Shown here: in pieces, positions 9,668 to 20,009 of the stretch
Layout: every line of letters starts with the position of its first letter
Numbering within the stretch: the stretch's first letter is position 1
NCBI GenBank assembly: GCA_033723415.1
Contig: JAWVXD010000008.1
Location: 1 to 64,000, forward strand
DNA length: 64,000 nt
Reading direction: 5' to 3'
From: Sulfurospirillaceae bacterium
GTDB lineage: Bacteria > Campylobacterota > Campylobacteria > Campylobacterales > Sulfurospirillaceae
Position numbers and translations under genes: made by a program
The notes under the pieces: model-generated
The model's input: only the letters and a program-made list of their open reading frames with translations
Told to the model about the DNA's origin: nothing
Databases searched by the model: none

Positions 9668-10521
9668 GTCTTACCTTCCTGTGCAAGTATTAAGGCAGCG
9701 GCTATTATCAAAACGGCGCCGCTGATTTGATATATATTGATCGTATCATCCAAAATCAGATATGAAAGATATACAGTGACTACAGGCTCAAAAGTTGAAA
9801 TCATTGATGCTTTTACAGGCCCTACTATTTTCATGCCTGCAAAAAATGTGACAATTGCCATGATACCAGAAACTATAGCAAGTGCAAAAATCCAAATCCA
9901 TTGATTAAAAGCAGTAGGCATTGATGCGTGAGTGGAAATATTATACAAAAGATATGTGAAGGATGCACTACTTACGATGATACTCGTGCCTACGATCGAA
10001 TCTATACCCTTCATCGCCTTTGCTCCTACGATTATATAAATAGAGTACACAAATGCTGCACCGACTCCAAAAATTATTCCGATATAATTTATGTGCTCAA
10101 ATTTTATACCTATGACAAGTACGGCCCCAATTGTTGCCATTACGAGTGCTGCGATTTCAAGCTTTTTTATCCTGGTTTTTAATAAAAAAGCAGATAGAAC
10201 AAGGACGATACTAGGATAAAGATATAATAAGATAGCAGTGAGTGATGCACTGATAAAGGTGAGGGCGCTGAAATATAAGAATGATTGAGTCGCATACCCA
10301 ATGCCTCCCATAAGAATCAGGGTTACTAATGTTTTTCCTCGAGGGTATTTATGCCCTTTAGCAAGTACATAAATATTTAAAAAAACAGCTGCTATGAGGA
10401 AGCGAAACAATAAAAGTACAGGAACACTTACATGATTTTTATAGGCAAAAGATGCGAAGACAGGCATAAATCCAAAACTTGCAGCCGAGATAAAAACCAA
10501 TAAAAAACCGGTATATTTCAA
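9664..10521 (-). CDS. EamA/DMT family transporter
   Basis: About 10 hydrophobic helices, LLLFRFLIAA, GPVKASMISTFEPV. Confidence 0.88.
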   Translation of the reverse strand: MKYTGFLLVFISAASFGFMPVFASFAYKNHVSVPVLLLFRFLIAAVFLNIYVLAKGHKYPRGKTLVTLILMGGIGYATQSFLYFSALTFISASLTAILLYLYPSIVLVLSAFLLKTRIKKLEIAALVMATIGAVLVIGIKFEHINYIGIIFGVGAAFVYSIYIIVGAKAMKGIDSIVGTSIIVSSASFTYLLYNISTHASMPTAFNQWIWIFALAIVSGIMAIVTFFAGMKIVGPVKASMISTFEPVVTVYLSYLILDDTINIYQISGAVLIIAAALILAQEGKT

Positions 10522-11408
10522 CTTTTTATTTCCTTTTTACTGAACAAAGATAGATAAATTCCAATTCCTATAAGAGAAGCACCAAAAATATGATATAAAT
10601 GTAGTTTTTCACCTAAAAATATATAAGCTAAGATGGAGCCGAAAAGTGGCATGAGATGAGTAAATTGCCCTGTTTTATTTGCTCCTATTTGGTGGATGCC
10701 TTTGTGCCAAAAATAAAATGACAAAACCGAAGTAAATAGCGATACATAGACAAAAACCCAAATGTAATTTTTTACCATAACTATGTCTTGACGTATCGAA
10801 AATCCTTTCATCTCGTAGATCATAAAAAGCCAAAAAAGACCAACATAGACAATCGTCGTAAAAAATTCTAAGTCACTCAAATCTTTTGGCTTAAATTTTA
10901 CCAAAACTGAATATAAAGCCCAGGTTAAAGAAGAAGCTACAATCCACAGATCACCGTAATTTAGTTTTAGATGACTAATAGTTGATAGATCACCTCTTAA
11001 TATTAAGAAAATAACACCAAGAGTTGAGATGATGATACCTGTAAGTTGCTTTTTGTTGATGTTGATCTTTAAAATAAAATAGGACAATACTAAGATTAAT
11101 ATCGGTATAAAAGAGTTGATCAGCAAAGCATTTGTAGCGGTTGTATATTGAAGTCCTACGTACAATAAAGTATTGAATGCCGTAATGCCAAGCCATGATA
11201 AAATGCTCAAAATCACAAAGTTGTTTTTCAATACAGTCATGATCTTAGAAAATTTACCGATAAAAACAGGTAACATGAATATCGCAGCACCAAGCCAGCG
11301 AAACAGTGCCAATTGCAATGGATGAATATCTGCATGAACGTATCTGCCGATTACAAAATTACCCGACCAAAACAAAACACACAAGATTAATAAAAAAAAT
11401 ACTGGTAT
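10518..11408 (-). CDS. EamA/DMT family transporter (start probably ATA 11408; ORF track uses TTG 11384)
   Basis: LFWSGNFVIGR, GLQYTTATNA, GANKTGQFTHLMPLFG. Confidence 0.88.
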   Translation of the reverse strand: MPVFFLLILCVLFWSGNFVIGRYVHADIHPLQLALFRWLGAAIFMLPVFIGKFSKIMTVLKNNFVILSILSWLGITAFNTLLYVGLQYTTATNALLINSFIPILILVLSYFILKININKKQLTGIIISTLGVIFLILRGDLSTISHLKLNYGDLWIVASSLTWALYSVLVKFKPKDLSDLEFFTTIVYVGLFWLFMIYEMKGFSIRQDIVMVKNYIWVFVYVSLFTSVLSFYFWHKGIHQIGANKTGQFTHLMPLFGSILAYIFLGEKLHLYHIFGASLIGIGIYLSLFSKKEIKS

Positions 11409-11464
11409 AATAAATCCTTTAAAAAATTATGATTATATCATTGAAATTATAAAAAGAGTATGTA

Positions 11465-11812
11465 ATGAATGTTAAAAATAGAACAAAATTAAAAACATCA
11501 GATCTATTCGGTAATTTTAGTTATCCTGAGCAGAGTTGGTCGGTTCCCTCATGGGTCGCAAAAAATGAGATGTTTATGGAGATATTAAAAGATGTGATCT
11601 CCTTCAACGTCACTGAAGAGAGCTATATCGAACCAAAATCATTTGATGAGCTATTTTCATACCTTGGAGGTAAAAATTATGCAGTCTTTGAGGAGCGGTT
11701 TGTAGTATGCCTCTCTCAGGGAAGATTGGCATACTTAACAAATGCCGGCTTCACAAAAGTTTCTGCGACGCCGGATTTGTTTCATCTTTCAAATTGGAAG
11801 ATTCATCTTTAA
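11465..11812 (+). CDS. Hypothetical protein
   Basis: 115-aa ORF filling the gap between two minus-strand genes; no recognised motif. Confidence 0.55.
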   Translation: MNVKNRTKLKTSDLFGNFSYPEQSWSVPSWVAKNEMFMEILKDVISFNVTEESYIEPKSFDELFSYLGGKNYAVFEERFVVCLSQGRLAYLTNAGFTKVSATPDLFHLSNWKIHL

Positions 11813-12828
11813 CCCATAGGGTATAATATTTCTTTATGAACCGCATCTAATTTTTGCATTAATTCTGGAGATATTTTATAGTCAAAAGCATCCAAGATAA
11901 CATCAAGTTGCTTGGCATCAGTAACACCGATAATCGTCGAAGCTATAAAATCAAAATGCATACTCCATGCAGTAGAAAGTGTTGTGACATCGACTCCGAA
12001 TTCTTTGCCTATTTCCATATACTTTTCCACAGAAGCCAAAGTTTTATCGTTGACAAATCTTGAAGCTTGGGCTTGAACACGTGGATTTGGATCGGCAAGA
12101 TATCTTGCAAATCTTGCATTTTTAGGCATAAATTTTTGATTATATTTTCCTGTTAAAACGCCACCTGCTAATGGAGAGTAAGGGAGCAGTGAAATATTTT
12201 CTTTTTTACATACTTGTGCCAACTCATCTAGAAATCTTCTATTAAGCATAGAAAAATTATTTTGGATTGATTCAAATCTTGCCAGATTCTTAAATTTTGA
12301 TACTTCATTGGCTTTAGTCAATCCATAGGCAGTATCATTTGAAGTGCCCAAATATCTAATTTTGCCGGCTTTGACAAATTCATCTAACACATAAAGAGTT
12401 TCCTCTATAGGAACGGTCATATCAGGCCAATGCACTTGATATAAGTCCAGATAATCTGTCTTTAACCTTTTTAGAGAGGCATCTAGTGCTTTTGTGATGT
12501 GAAATCTGTCTACTGCGGTCAAACCATGTCTAATCGGTGGTACAAACCATCCGTTTGCCGCTCCAGCAACTTTTGATGCTAAAATGATTGAATCTCTTGG
12601 TTTATCACTCATCCATTCGCCGATTATCTCTTCAGTAAGACCATTATAATCAGCTGAAGGAGGTACAGGATATAACTCTGCAGTATCGAAAAAATTTATA
12701 CCTGCTTCATAAGCTTTGTCCATTATCCTAAAAGCTTCTTTTTTGTCACAAAAACTTCCAAATGTCATTGTTCCTAAGCAAATCGGAGTAACTCTTAATC
12801 CGCTCTTGCCTATATATCTATAGTTCAT
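11809..12828 (-). CDS. Aldo/keto reductase (Tas-like)
   Basis: CLGTMTFG, GINFFDTAELY, SLKRLKTDYLDLYQVHWPD, PYSPLAGGVLTGKY. Confidence 0.92.
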   Translation of the reverse strand: MNYRYIGKSGLRVTPICLGTMTFGSFCDKKEAFRIMDKAYEAGINFFDTAELYPVPPSADYNGLTEEIIGEWMSDKPRDSIILASKVAGAANGWFVPPIRHGLTAVDRFHITKALDASLKRLKTDYLDLYQVHWPDMTVPIEETLYVLDEFVKAGKIRYLGTSNDTAYGLTKANEVSKFKNLARFESIQNNFSMLNRRFLDELAQVCKKENISLLPYSPLAGGVLTGKYNQKFMPKNARFARYLADPNPRVQAQASRFVNDKTLASVEKYMEIGKEFGVDVTTLSTAWSMHFDFIASTIIGVTDAKQLDVILDAFDYKISPELMQKLDAVHKEILYPMG

Positions 12829-12923
12829 ATTTTTCCTTTAAAATGTACTTTATACTTGATTTTTCGAGTATTTATTTTATCATATTTTTTACAATAAAAA
12901 AATCGTGGGGATGAGTTTGGAGT

Positions 12924-13142
12924 TTAATTTTTTAGAAATTCTTTTGTTTTTTGGATCTTATTCATGGTTTTTAGAACTTTGTCTTTTTCTTTACTTACGA
13001 CTTTTATCGCTTCTTCAAGCAAAGATAAAGCTTCTTTAGCTTTATCTATGTCTTGAAAGTTTGGTAATTCCATAATAGATTTATTTATATTTTCTATATT
13101 TTCTTCAATTATTGCAATCTTAAGATCATTTAGCCATTTCAT
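12924..13142 (-). CDS. Small helical protein downstream of fliS (FliT-like position)
   Basis: Overlaps the fliS 3' end; short coiled-coil protein. Confidence 0.6.
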   Translation of the reverse strand: MKWLNDLKIAIIEENIENINKSIMELPNFQDIDKAKEALSLLEEAIKVVSKEKDKVLKTMNKIQKTKEFLKN

Positions 13143-13506
13143 ACTTTGTCTCTTCTTCCCATGTTAAAAGTAATTCTTTTGTGACATGCAGAACTTCGTC
13201 TATTTTCAAAGGATTGTTTGTCATATTGGCTTCTGATAATGTTTTGATCTGATGTATATAAAGACCAGATAGGTAATGAGATATATTTCCGGCATCATAG
13301 TTTAAAGAATTTAATAATTCTATAAATATGGCAATGCTTCTATTTATCCAATAAGATTTCTTCTCTGTATCTTTATTTTCTATTGCTCTTTTTGCATGAG
13401 AAGAGAATTTTAAAATACCTTCATATAACATCGTAATCAATTTATCTGGAGACTCTATTGATATGTTATTCTGTGAATATATCGCATAGGCTGAATTTGT
13501 ACTCAT
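13126..13506 (-). CDS. fliS: Flagellin export chaperone FliS
   Basis: ESPDKLITMLYEG, ELLNSLNYD, YLSGLY; follows fliD. Confidence 0.93.
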   Translation of the reverse strand: MSTNSAYAIYSQNNISIESPDKLITMLYEGILKFSSHAKRAIENKDTEKKSYWINRSIAIFIELLNSLNYDAGNISHYLSGLYIHQIKTLSEANMTNNPLKIDEVLHVTKELLLTWEEETKYEMAK

Positions 13507-13508
13507 TT

Positions 13509-14909
13509 TTATCCTTTTGTACTATTGTTGCTTGTTAAAGATTGTATTTGCATACTTAATGATTGAAAAGATGAATTAAAGTTTGAAATCATTGAATCAT
13601 ATGATATAAACTTAGATGTAAGCGTGGCGTATTTAGCATCTAAAGAAGCAGTTGCTTTTTGTTTTTCATCAGCAAGTGATGTTGCTTGTGTCGTAAATTG
13701 TGTATTTAATTGTGTTAAAACACCGGTTGAACTATCAATATAACTAGACAAAAGAGAATTATAGTTCGTAAAATACCCATTTGTAGTAGTCGTTGTTGTT
13801 CCTGTAGTTGTAGTTGATCCCCTAAAAAAATCTTGAACATCTGCAGGATTTGTGCTAAGTTTACTATCTAATGTTGTTTGATCTAGTTGCAATAATCCTG
13901 CACTATTTAAACTTACTCCGTAATCTGACAGACTTCTCCCTTTGCTATCAATTGAAAGGAGTTGATTGTTAATGGCAGATTTTAGATCTCTAACTTCGCT
14001 TGTTCCTTGAAAAATTCCAGCAGTTTTTGTTGATGAATCATAACTTGTTGAACTGTTTAAGCTGTCCATTAAGCTATTGTAATCTTTTACAAAGGATGAA
14101 ACAGCATTGCTTATTGAGCTTGTATCTTGTTTGATAGATATATTGGATGCGCCGGTACTATTAATATTTATGTTTACTCCTACAATTAAGTCACTGACTG
14201 TGTTCGTAGGTCTTGTTATATTTATATTATTATATGTAAATTGTGCATCAGCTGCTGTTTGAATATGATTACCAACAGCGTTCAATCCCAAATCGGTTAC
14301 GGCAGTTCCTCCACCTGTGGATGTTACTGTGATTGCATTACTTGTTCCGGTATCAGTTGATTTTAATGTCAGTTTATACGGAGTTGTTCCTCCAACATTT
14401 AAAAGAGATGCTGTGACTTTACCGTTTGTTGCACCATAAATCTGACTTTGTAAATCAGCAAGAGTAGTAGTAGAAGTAACAGGTATACCATAATTATTTC
14501 CGCCAATATTTATATTTATAGTATCTGGTCCACCTGTAAATGTACTCGTTGTATTTGCATATGAGTTACTTTGGTAAATATCTTGTTTTGCCAACTGTGT
14601 GACGTTCAGAGAAAAATCTTGTGCCGGAACACCTGAACTTGCAGTAACTGATACATTACTTGATGAGGAGGTAACAGTGTTGTTGAGATATGTTAACTCA
14701 CTTGATAGTGTACTTGTGTCTGCTTTTAGTGTTGCCACTAAAGTTGTCAATGCAGTCAAGTCTTTCGTTTTAGTAGTGTTCTGAGTTATTTTATTGTCTA
14801 TCGGTGTTATTATACTGCTTGTTTCAGCTGCTTTTAACTGATCTATAACACTTTGACTTAGTACGCCGTTACTACCAATTCCAAGAGAGCTTATTGCTGA
14901 AGTTGCCAT
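13509..14909 (-). CDS. fliD: Flagellar filament cap protein FliD
   Basis: ISSLGIGS...IDQLKAAE, VTQLAKQD, FVKDYNSL, C-terminal KFISYDSMISNFN. Confidence 0.92.
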   Translation of the reverse strand: MATSAISSLGIGSNGVLSQSVIDQLKAAETSSIITPIDNKITQNTTKTKDLTALTTLVATLKADTSTLSSELTYLNNTVTSSSSNVSVTASSGVPAQDFSLNVTQLAKQDIYQSNSYANTTSTFTGGPDTININIGGNNYGIPVTSTTTLADLQSQIYGATNGKVTASLLNVGGTTPYKLTLKSTDTGTSNAITVTSTGGGTAVTDLGLNAVGNHIQTAADAQFTYNNINITRPTNTVSDLIVGVNININSTGASNISIKQDTSSISNAVSSFVKDYNSLMDSLNSSTSYDSSTKTAGIFQGTSEVRDLKSAINNQLLSIDSKGRSLSDYGVSLNSAGLLQLDQTTLDSKLSTNPADVQDFFRGSTTTTGTTTTTTNGYFTNYNSLLSSYIDSSTGVLTQLNTQFTTQATSLADEKQKATASLDAKYATLTSKFISYDSMISNFNSSFQSLSMQIQSLTSNNSTKG

Positions 14910-14912
14910 AGA

Positions 14913-15281
14913 TTATCCTTTTTTATCAAAAATTATTCCCACGATTTCTTTCATCTTTTCAGACAATTTCATAGCTTCTTCAGTAGGTATCTTTCTTATT
15001 ACTTTGCCGGTACTTTTTTCTATGACATTCACAAATGTGGTATGTATTTTATCATTAAACCCAAATGTAATATTTGTAGCTAATGATTCCATATGGTCAT
15101 TCAGTGCCTTCAAAGTATGGTGTAACTTTTGACTGACATCATTCTTGCTCGAAGTTTGATCTTGTTGTGTCGAAGTTGCTCCACTGGAATTTTCAACTAT
15201 TTTTTTCGGATCCACAGAAGTGTTTGCTGTTGCTTGAGCTGTTTGAAAAACAGGTTTATTAGCAACATTAAATATATCCAT
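14913..15281 (-). CDS. flaG: FlaG family flagellar protein
   Basis: VNVIEKSTGKVIRKIPTEEAMKL...VGIIFDKKG; start reset to ATG 15281, 7 nt from SD AAGGAG. Confidence 0.9.
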   Translation of the reverse strand: MDIFNVANKPVFQTAQATANTSVDPKKIVENSSGATSTQQDQTSSKNDVSQKLHHTLKALNDHMESLATNITFGFNDKIHTTFVNVIEKSTGKVIRKIPTEEAMKLSEKMKEIVGIIFDKKG

Positions 15282-15314
15282 TTTCATGCTCCTTAAATAA
15301 GATGTTATAAACAT

Positions 15315-15341
15315 AAATCGGCTGAAAAATATTTTAATTTA
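15315..15341 (-). promoter_or_regulatory. Sigma28 (FliA) promoter of flaG-fliD-fliS
   Basis: Minus strand reads TAAA-N15-GCCGATTT. Confidence 0.85.
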
Positions 15342-15403
15342 TATGTTTTTTATATTTATATGATAAAATCCTAATTAAATTAATACACAAGTAGGTTTAA
15401 ACT

Positions 15404-15760
15404 ATGAAAATCGCACTGATATGTCAATCTTTGCTTTTATCAAAATCTTTAGAGATTTTTTTAAAAAACAAAATAACATCATACAAAAAATGCGATTTTG
15501 TGATCTGTGACAAAAAGCTTGATATAGATAAACCGCAATTCGTGATATCTCATAACGATGCAAATCTCAATATGCCCTTTTCTGAATCTTCACTTATTAT
15601 AGAATTGGAAAAATTTTATAATGATGAAATTTTAAACTTACCAAAAGTAGAAGAATCCGTAAGTACAAAAAATGAGGATCTTGAAGAAAAAATTGATGAA
15701 ATAACTAAGAAATTTAGAGATGATTTGATCAATGTAATAGTGCAATATTATGAAAAATAA
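15404..15760 (+). CDS. Hypothetical protein upstream of rsmD
   Basis: 118-aa ORF overlapping the rsmD start; SD-like AGG. Confidence 0.7.
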   Translation: MKIALICQSLLLSKSLEIFLKNKITSYKKCDFVICDKKLDIDKPQFVISHNDANLNMPFSESSLIIELEKFYNDEILNLPKVEESVSTKNEDLEEKIDEITKKFRDDLINVIVQYYEK

Positions 15761-16325
15761 AGAGCTGTATACCACAATAAGTGCAGGAATATATAAAGGT
15801 AAAAAAATAAAAATACCGGCCTTTGACAGTACAAGAAGTACAAAATCCATACTTAAAGAATCATTTTTTGACACAATTCAATTTGATATAAGAGACAATA
15901 TATTTGTAGAGGTATTCGGCGGTAGCGGTTCTATGGGTTTAGAAGCATTGAGCCGAGGTGCCAAAAGATCCTACTTTATAGAAAAAAATAAAGATGCTTA
16001 TGATATTCTTAGATCTAACTGTTCTCTTATAGACAAAGACAATGCAATTTGTAAGAGAGCAGACAGCTTTGAGTATTTTAATACTCTGCTAGAAAATATA
16101 TCTTCTCCTTCGTATTTTTATTTTGATCCACCATTTTCAATAAGAGAAGGGATGGAAGAAATATATGAAAGAGTTTATTATCTTATACAAAACATTCCTA
16201 CAGAAAAAGTAAAACTGATTACAATAGAACATATGAGCACTCTGCATATGCCGGAATCTATGGGGGCTTATCATTTAAAGAAAAGTAAGAAATTCGGGAA
16301 AAGTTCACTTTCATATTATTCATGA
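15750..16325 (+). CDS. rsmD: 16S rRNA m2G966 methyltransferase RsmD
   Basis: ISAGIYKGKKI, TRST, EVFGGSGSMGLEALSRGA, DPPF. Confidence 0.9.
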   Translation: MKNKELYTTISAGIYKGKKIKIPAFDSTRSTKSILKESFFDTIQFDIRDNIFVEVFGGSGSMGLEALSRGAKRSYFIEKNKDAYDILRSNCSLIDKDNAICKRADSFEYFNTLLENISSPSYFYFDPPFSIREGMEEIYERVYYLIQNIPTEKVKLITIEHMSTLHMPESMGAYHLKKSKKFGKSSLSYYS

Positions 16326-16331
16326 GAAAAG

Positions 16332-16365
16332 TTGTTACCGTTTTGTTATCAAGCTGTATTATAAT
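16332..16365 (+). promoter_or_regulatory. Pho-box-like direct repeats plus -10 of the pst operon
   Basis: TTGTTAC-N4-TTGTTAT (11-bp period) ending 10 nt before TATAAT (16360-16365). Confidence 0.7.
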
Positions 16366-16400
16366 TCACTCTGAATTTAAAAATTTTAAGGAGAATATAT

Positions 16401-17408
16401 ATGAAAAAGATTACTGCAGCTATTCTTAGCGGTGCATTATGTGCTGCTTCTTTAATGGCAGGAGACATGGTTAAGGGTGATGGCTCTAGTTTCATTCTTC
16501 CGATAAACCAAGCATGGGCTAAAGCTTACTATAAAGCTACAGGCAAAAAAGTACAATACAATGGTGGCGGAAGTGGAAAAGGTATCAAAGATGCAACTGC
16601 AAGATTGGTTGACTTTGGCGGAACAGATGCTCCTTTGACTCCAGCTGAACAAGCGAAACATAAAATGTTACAATTTCCTGGTACTATAGGCGCTACAGTT
16701 ATGGCTTATAACTTACCTGGTGTTAAAAGCGAAGAATTAAAATTATCAGACAAAGCTATAGTTGCTATAGCAAATGGCAGCGTAAAATATTGGGATAATC
16801 CAATGCTAACTGCAGTGAACCCAAATATTAAATTGCCACATGAAAAAATTGTTTTTGCAAGAAGATCTGATGCTTCAGGTACAACTTGGAATTTTACATA
16901 CTTCTTGTCTAGCGTAAGTTTAGACTGGAGAAAAAATTACGGTGTTAAAAAAACAGTTAACTGGCCTTCAAATAATATAGGTGGAAAAGGTAACCCAGGC
17001 GTTAGCTCTATAATTAAACAAACTCCATATTCAATCGGTTATATCGAATATGCTTACGCTATAGAATCTCATGCAAAAGTTGCACTAATTGAAAACAGAG
17101 ACGGTTACTTTGTTAAGCCTAGCATGAAAACATTCCAAGCTGCAGCAGCCGGTGCTGATTTTGATCCTAAAAAAGGTTTTTTTACTGTTATCGGCTATCC
17201 AAAAGGTAAAGATTCTTATCCATTGGTAGCAAGTACATTTATCATTATGCCAAAAGAAAAAGTAGCTGCTAATAAACAAATTACAGCTTTTTATGCTTGG
17301 ACTCATGAAAATGGTGCTAAAATAGCGGAAAAATTATTTTATGTACCGCTACCTACAAGCGTAACAAATAAAATAAAACAATATTGGAAAGATAACGGAG
17401 TTTACTAA
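16401..17408 (+). CDS. pstS: Phosphate ABC transporter substrate-binding protein
   Basis: GGGSGKGI, DFGGTDAPL, RRSDASGTT, SIGYIEYAYA. Confidence 0.95.
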   Translation: MKKITAAILSGALCAASLMAGDMVKGDGSSFILPINQAWAKAYYKATGKKVQYNGGGSGKGIKDATARLVDFGGTDAPLTPAEQAKHKMLQFPGTIGATVMAYNLPGVKSEELKLSDKAIVAIANGSVKYWDNPMLTAVNPNIKLPHEKIVFARRSDASGTTWNFTYFLSSVSLDWRKNYGVKKTVNWPSNNIGGKGNPGVSSIIKQTPYSIGYIEYAYAIESHAKVALIENRDGYFVKPSMKTFQAAAAGADFDPKKGFFTVIGYPKGKDSYPLVASTFIIMPKEKVAANKQITAFYAWTHENGAKIAEKLFYVPLPTSVTNKIKQYWKDNGVY

Positions 17409-17410
17409 CG

Positions 17411-18412
17411 TTGAATAAAGAATTTATTTTCAAAAGGGTTGCGTTTTCTAGCGCAACCCTTATTTTGGTTATATTGGTCTCTATTTTTGTGATGCTTTTT
17501 ATATCGGCTAAGCCTGCGATGCAAGAGTATGGTTGGCATTTTTTGGTAGATAGCAGTTGGGGTAAGACAATTGAGATCAAATCAGATAAACCTGCAGTTT
17601 CAAAAAAAACTGCTACAAAAACTGCTACAAATGATAGCGAAAATCTTTTTGCTGATCAAAACTCACCGATGTTTCCTATGTCAGATGAAAGTGTTGACTC
17701 TACAAGTCAAAATCAAAATACTATAACAAAAACAATATACGGTGGATATATTCCTATAATAGGAACGATTCTTTCAACCCTTATTGCTATGATTTTTTCA
17801 GTACCTATTGCAATGGGTATATCAATATTTTTATCTGAAATAGCCCCAAAGTTCTTAATTAAACCGGTTGGTCTTGCTATTGAATTACTAGCCGCTATTC
17901 CAAGTATTATATATGGAATGTGGGGATTGTTTTATTTTGCTCCCATCGTACAAAAGATATTTGGCGGGAATCAAATATCTATTTTGACAGCAGGATTGGT
18001 TCTTGGAATTATGATACTTCCTTTTATGGCGGCAATCACAAGAGATGCTATGAATACAACTCCTAGTGTTCTAAAAGAGTCTGCTTATTCTCTTGGCGCA
18101 ACAAAATTTGAAGTTGTCAAAGACATTATATTTCCATATGCAAAAGTAGGTATCATAGGCTCAATCATCCTCTCACTAGGTAGAGCATTGGGAGAAACTA
18201 TGGCTGTTGCATTTTTGATCGGCAGTGTATTTAAAATACCTGGAACACTAACAAGTCCAACTATATCGATTCCTGTTGTTCTGGCAAATAACTTTGGTGA
18301 AGCTGGCGGAGATATGATGAGCGCACTTTTTTATCTAGCCTTTGTATTGTTTGTATTTAGCTTTATAGTTATAGGGGTAGCAAAATTTTATTTTTTAAAA
18401 GGTCATAGATGA
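17411..18412 (+). CDS. pstC: Phosphate ABC transporter permease
   Basis: ELLAAIPSIIYGMWGL, LGRALGETMAV. Confidence 0.95.
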   Translation: MNKEFIFKRVAFSSATLILVILVSIFVMLFISAKPAMQEYGWHFLVDSSWGKTIEIKSDKPAVSKKTATKTATNDSENLFADQNSPMFPMSDESVDSTSQNQNTITKTIYGGYIPIIGTILSTLIAMIFSVPIAMGISIFLSEIAPKFLIKPVGLAIELLAAIPSIIYGMWGLFYFAPIVQKIFGGNQISILTAGLVLGIMILPFMAAITRDAMNTTPSVLKESAYSLGATKFEVVKDIIFPYAKVGIIGSIILSLGRALGETMAVAFLIGSVFKIPGTLTSPTISIPVVLANNFGEAGGDMMSALFYLAFVLFVFSFIVIGVAKFYFLKGHR

Positions 18413-19215
18413 AACGGTTGATTATAAATAAGATAGCACTTTTTCTCTCTATCATGTCTGCAATAATAGGGTTGACATTTTTGGCTTGGATACTCATAAC
18501 CTTATTTTTAAAAGGTGTTAATTCACTTAGTTTCAGTCTGTTTACCCAAAACTTAGTTGACGGTGGACTTAAGAACTTGATTTTTGGTCAATTTTTAATG
18601 GCTACGATTGCTACGATTATCGGAGTACCTCTAGGTATGATGGCCGGAATTTATTTGAGAGAGTACGGACATGGCAAATATGCAAATATTATAAGAGACC
18701 TCAGTGATATTATGATGAGTGCGCCGTCAATTATCATAGGATCTTTTGTCTTTGTGGTTATAGTTGTTCCATTTGGCAGTATAAACGGCTGGGCAGGTTC
18801 TATAGCACTTACGATTATGCTTATACCTATCGTGGTTAGTACTACTGATAATATGCTTTCTCTTGTTCCTAAAGAACTTCGGGAAGCAGGTATTGCTCTT
18901 GGCGGAGGTAAACATCAAGTTATATTAGATATAGTTTTAAAAGCTGCAAAAGTCGGACTGATGACAGGTATTTTACTGGGATTTGCAAGAATAATAGGTG
19001 AGACTGCACCTTTATTGTTTACATCAGGAACAAATAGCTTTTGGACAACGGATTTAAATAATGCATTTCCATCTTTAACGGTTAGTATATATAATCTGGC
19101 GAACTTTCCGACAGATAAAGCTAGAGATCTAGCCTGGGGTGCATCATTTATCTTGACTATGATCGTACTATTTATAAATATTGTAGGTAGATTTTTTACA
19201 AGGGACAAAGGATAG
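18409..19215 (+). CDS. pstA: Phosphate ABC transporter permease
   Basis: [26 protein letters not shown]. Confidence 0.95.
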   Translation: MKRLIINKIALFLSIMSAIIGLTFLAWILITLFLKGVNSLSFSLFTQNLVDGGLKNLIFGQFLMATIATIIGVPLGMMAGIYLREYGHGKYANIIRDLSDIMMSAPSIIIGSFVFVVIVVPFGSINGWAGSIALTIMLIPIVVSTTDNMLSLVPKELREAGIALGGGKHQVILDIVLKAAKVGLMTGILLGFARIIGETAPLLFTSGTNSFWTTDLNNAFPSLTVSIYNLANFPTDKARDLAWGASFILTMIVLFINIVGRFFTRDKG

Positions 19216-19217
19216 AA

Positions 19218-20009
19218 ATGGCAAAAGAAATAATAATGAATATAAAAGACTTCTCATTTAGATATGTAGGTGCAGAAAAGCCTTCACTTGTATCTATTGA
19301 CCTACCTATTCATAAAAATAAAGTTACTGCGATGATTGGACCTAGCGGATGCGGGAAATCAACGCTTCTGAGATCATTAAATCGTATACATGACTTATAT
19401 CCAGGCAATGAATATAAGGGTGAAGTGAATTTGTTGAATTTAAGTACTGATGAATATGAAAATATTTTGAATATAAAAAAAGAGAATGATTTTATAAAAC
19501 TTCGTCAAAGAGTAGGTATGATCTTTCAAAAACCGACACCTTTCCCTATGAGTATTTTCGATAATGTAGCGTATGGCTTGAGATTGGCCGGTATCAAAGA
19601 TAAAACTATTCTGGAAGAAAAAGTTGTTGGAGCACTTAAAGGTTCAGCGATTTGGGAAGAAGTGAAAGATAGGTTAAAAGAGAGTGCCATGGGCTTAAGT
19701 GGTGGACAACAGCAAAGATTGTGTATCGCTAGAGCAGTTGCTCTTAAACCTGAAATCTTATTGTTGGATGAACCGACAAGTGCTCTTGATCCTATATCTA
19801 CAGGCTCAATTGAAGAGTTGGTGACAGAGCTTAAAAAAGAGATATCTATAGTAATTGTAACTCACAATATGCAACAGGCAAGTAGGCTTAGTGACTATAC
19901 GGCTTTTATGTATATCGGCAAGTTAATTGAGTATAATAGAACGGATAAAATTTTTCTTAATCCTCAAGAAAAATTGACAGAAGATTATGTGACAGGAAGG
20001 TTTGGATGA
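19218..20009 (+). CDS. pstB: Phosphate ABC transporter ATP-binding protein
   Basis: [38 protein letters not shown]. Confidence 0.96.
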   Translation: MAKEIIMNIKDFSFRYVGAEKPSLVSIDLPIHKNKVTAMIGPSGCGKSTLLRSLNRIHDLYPGNEYKGEVNLLNLSTDEYENILNIKKENDFIKLRQRVGMIFQKPTPFPMSIFDNVAYGLRLAGIKDKTILEEKVVGALKGSAIWEEVKDRLKESAMGLSGGQQQRLCIARAVALKPEILLLDEPTSALDPISTGSIEELVTELKKEISIVIVTHNMQQASRLSDYTAFMYIGKLIEYNRTDKIFLNPQEKLTEDYVTGRFG

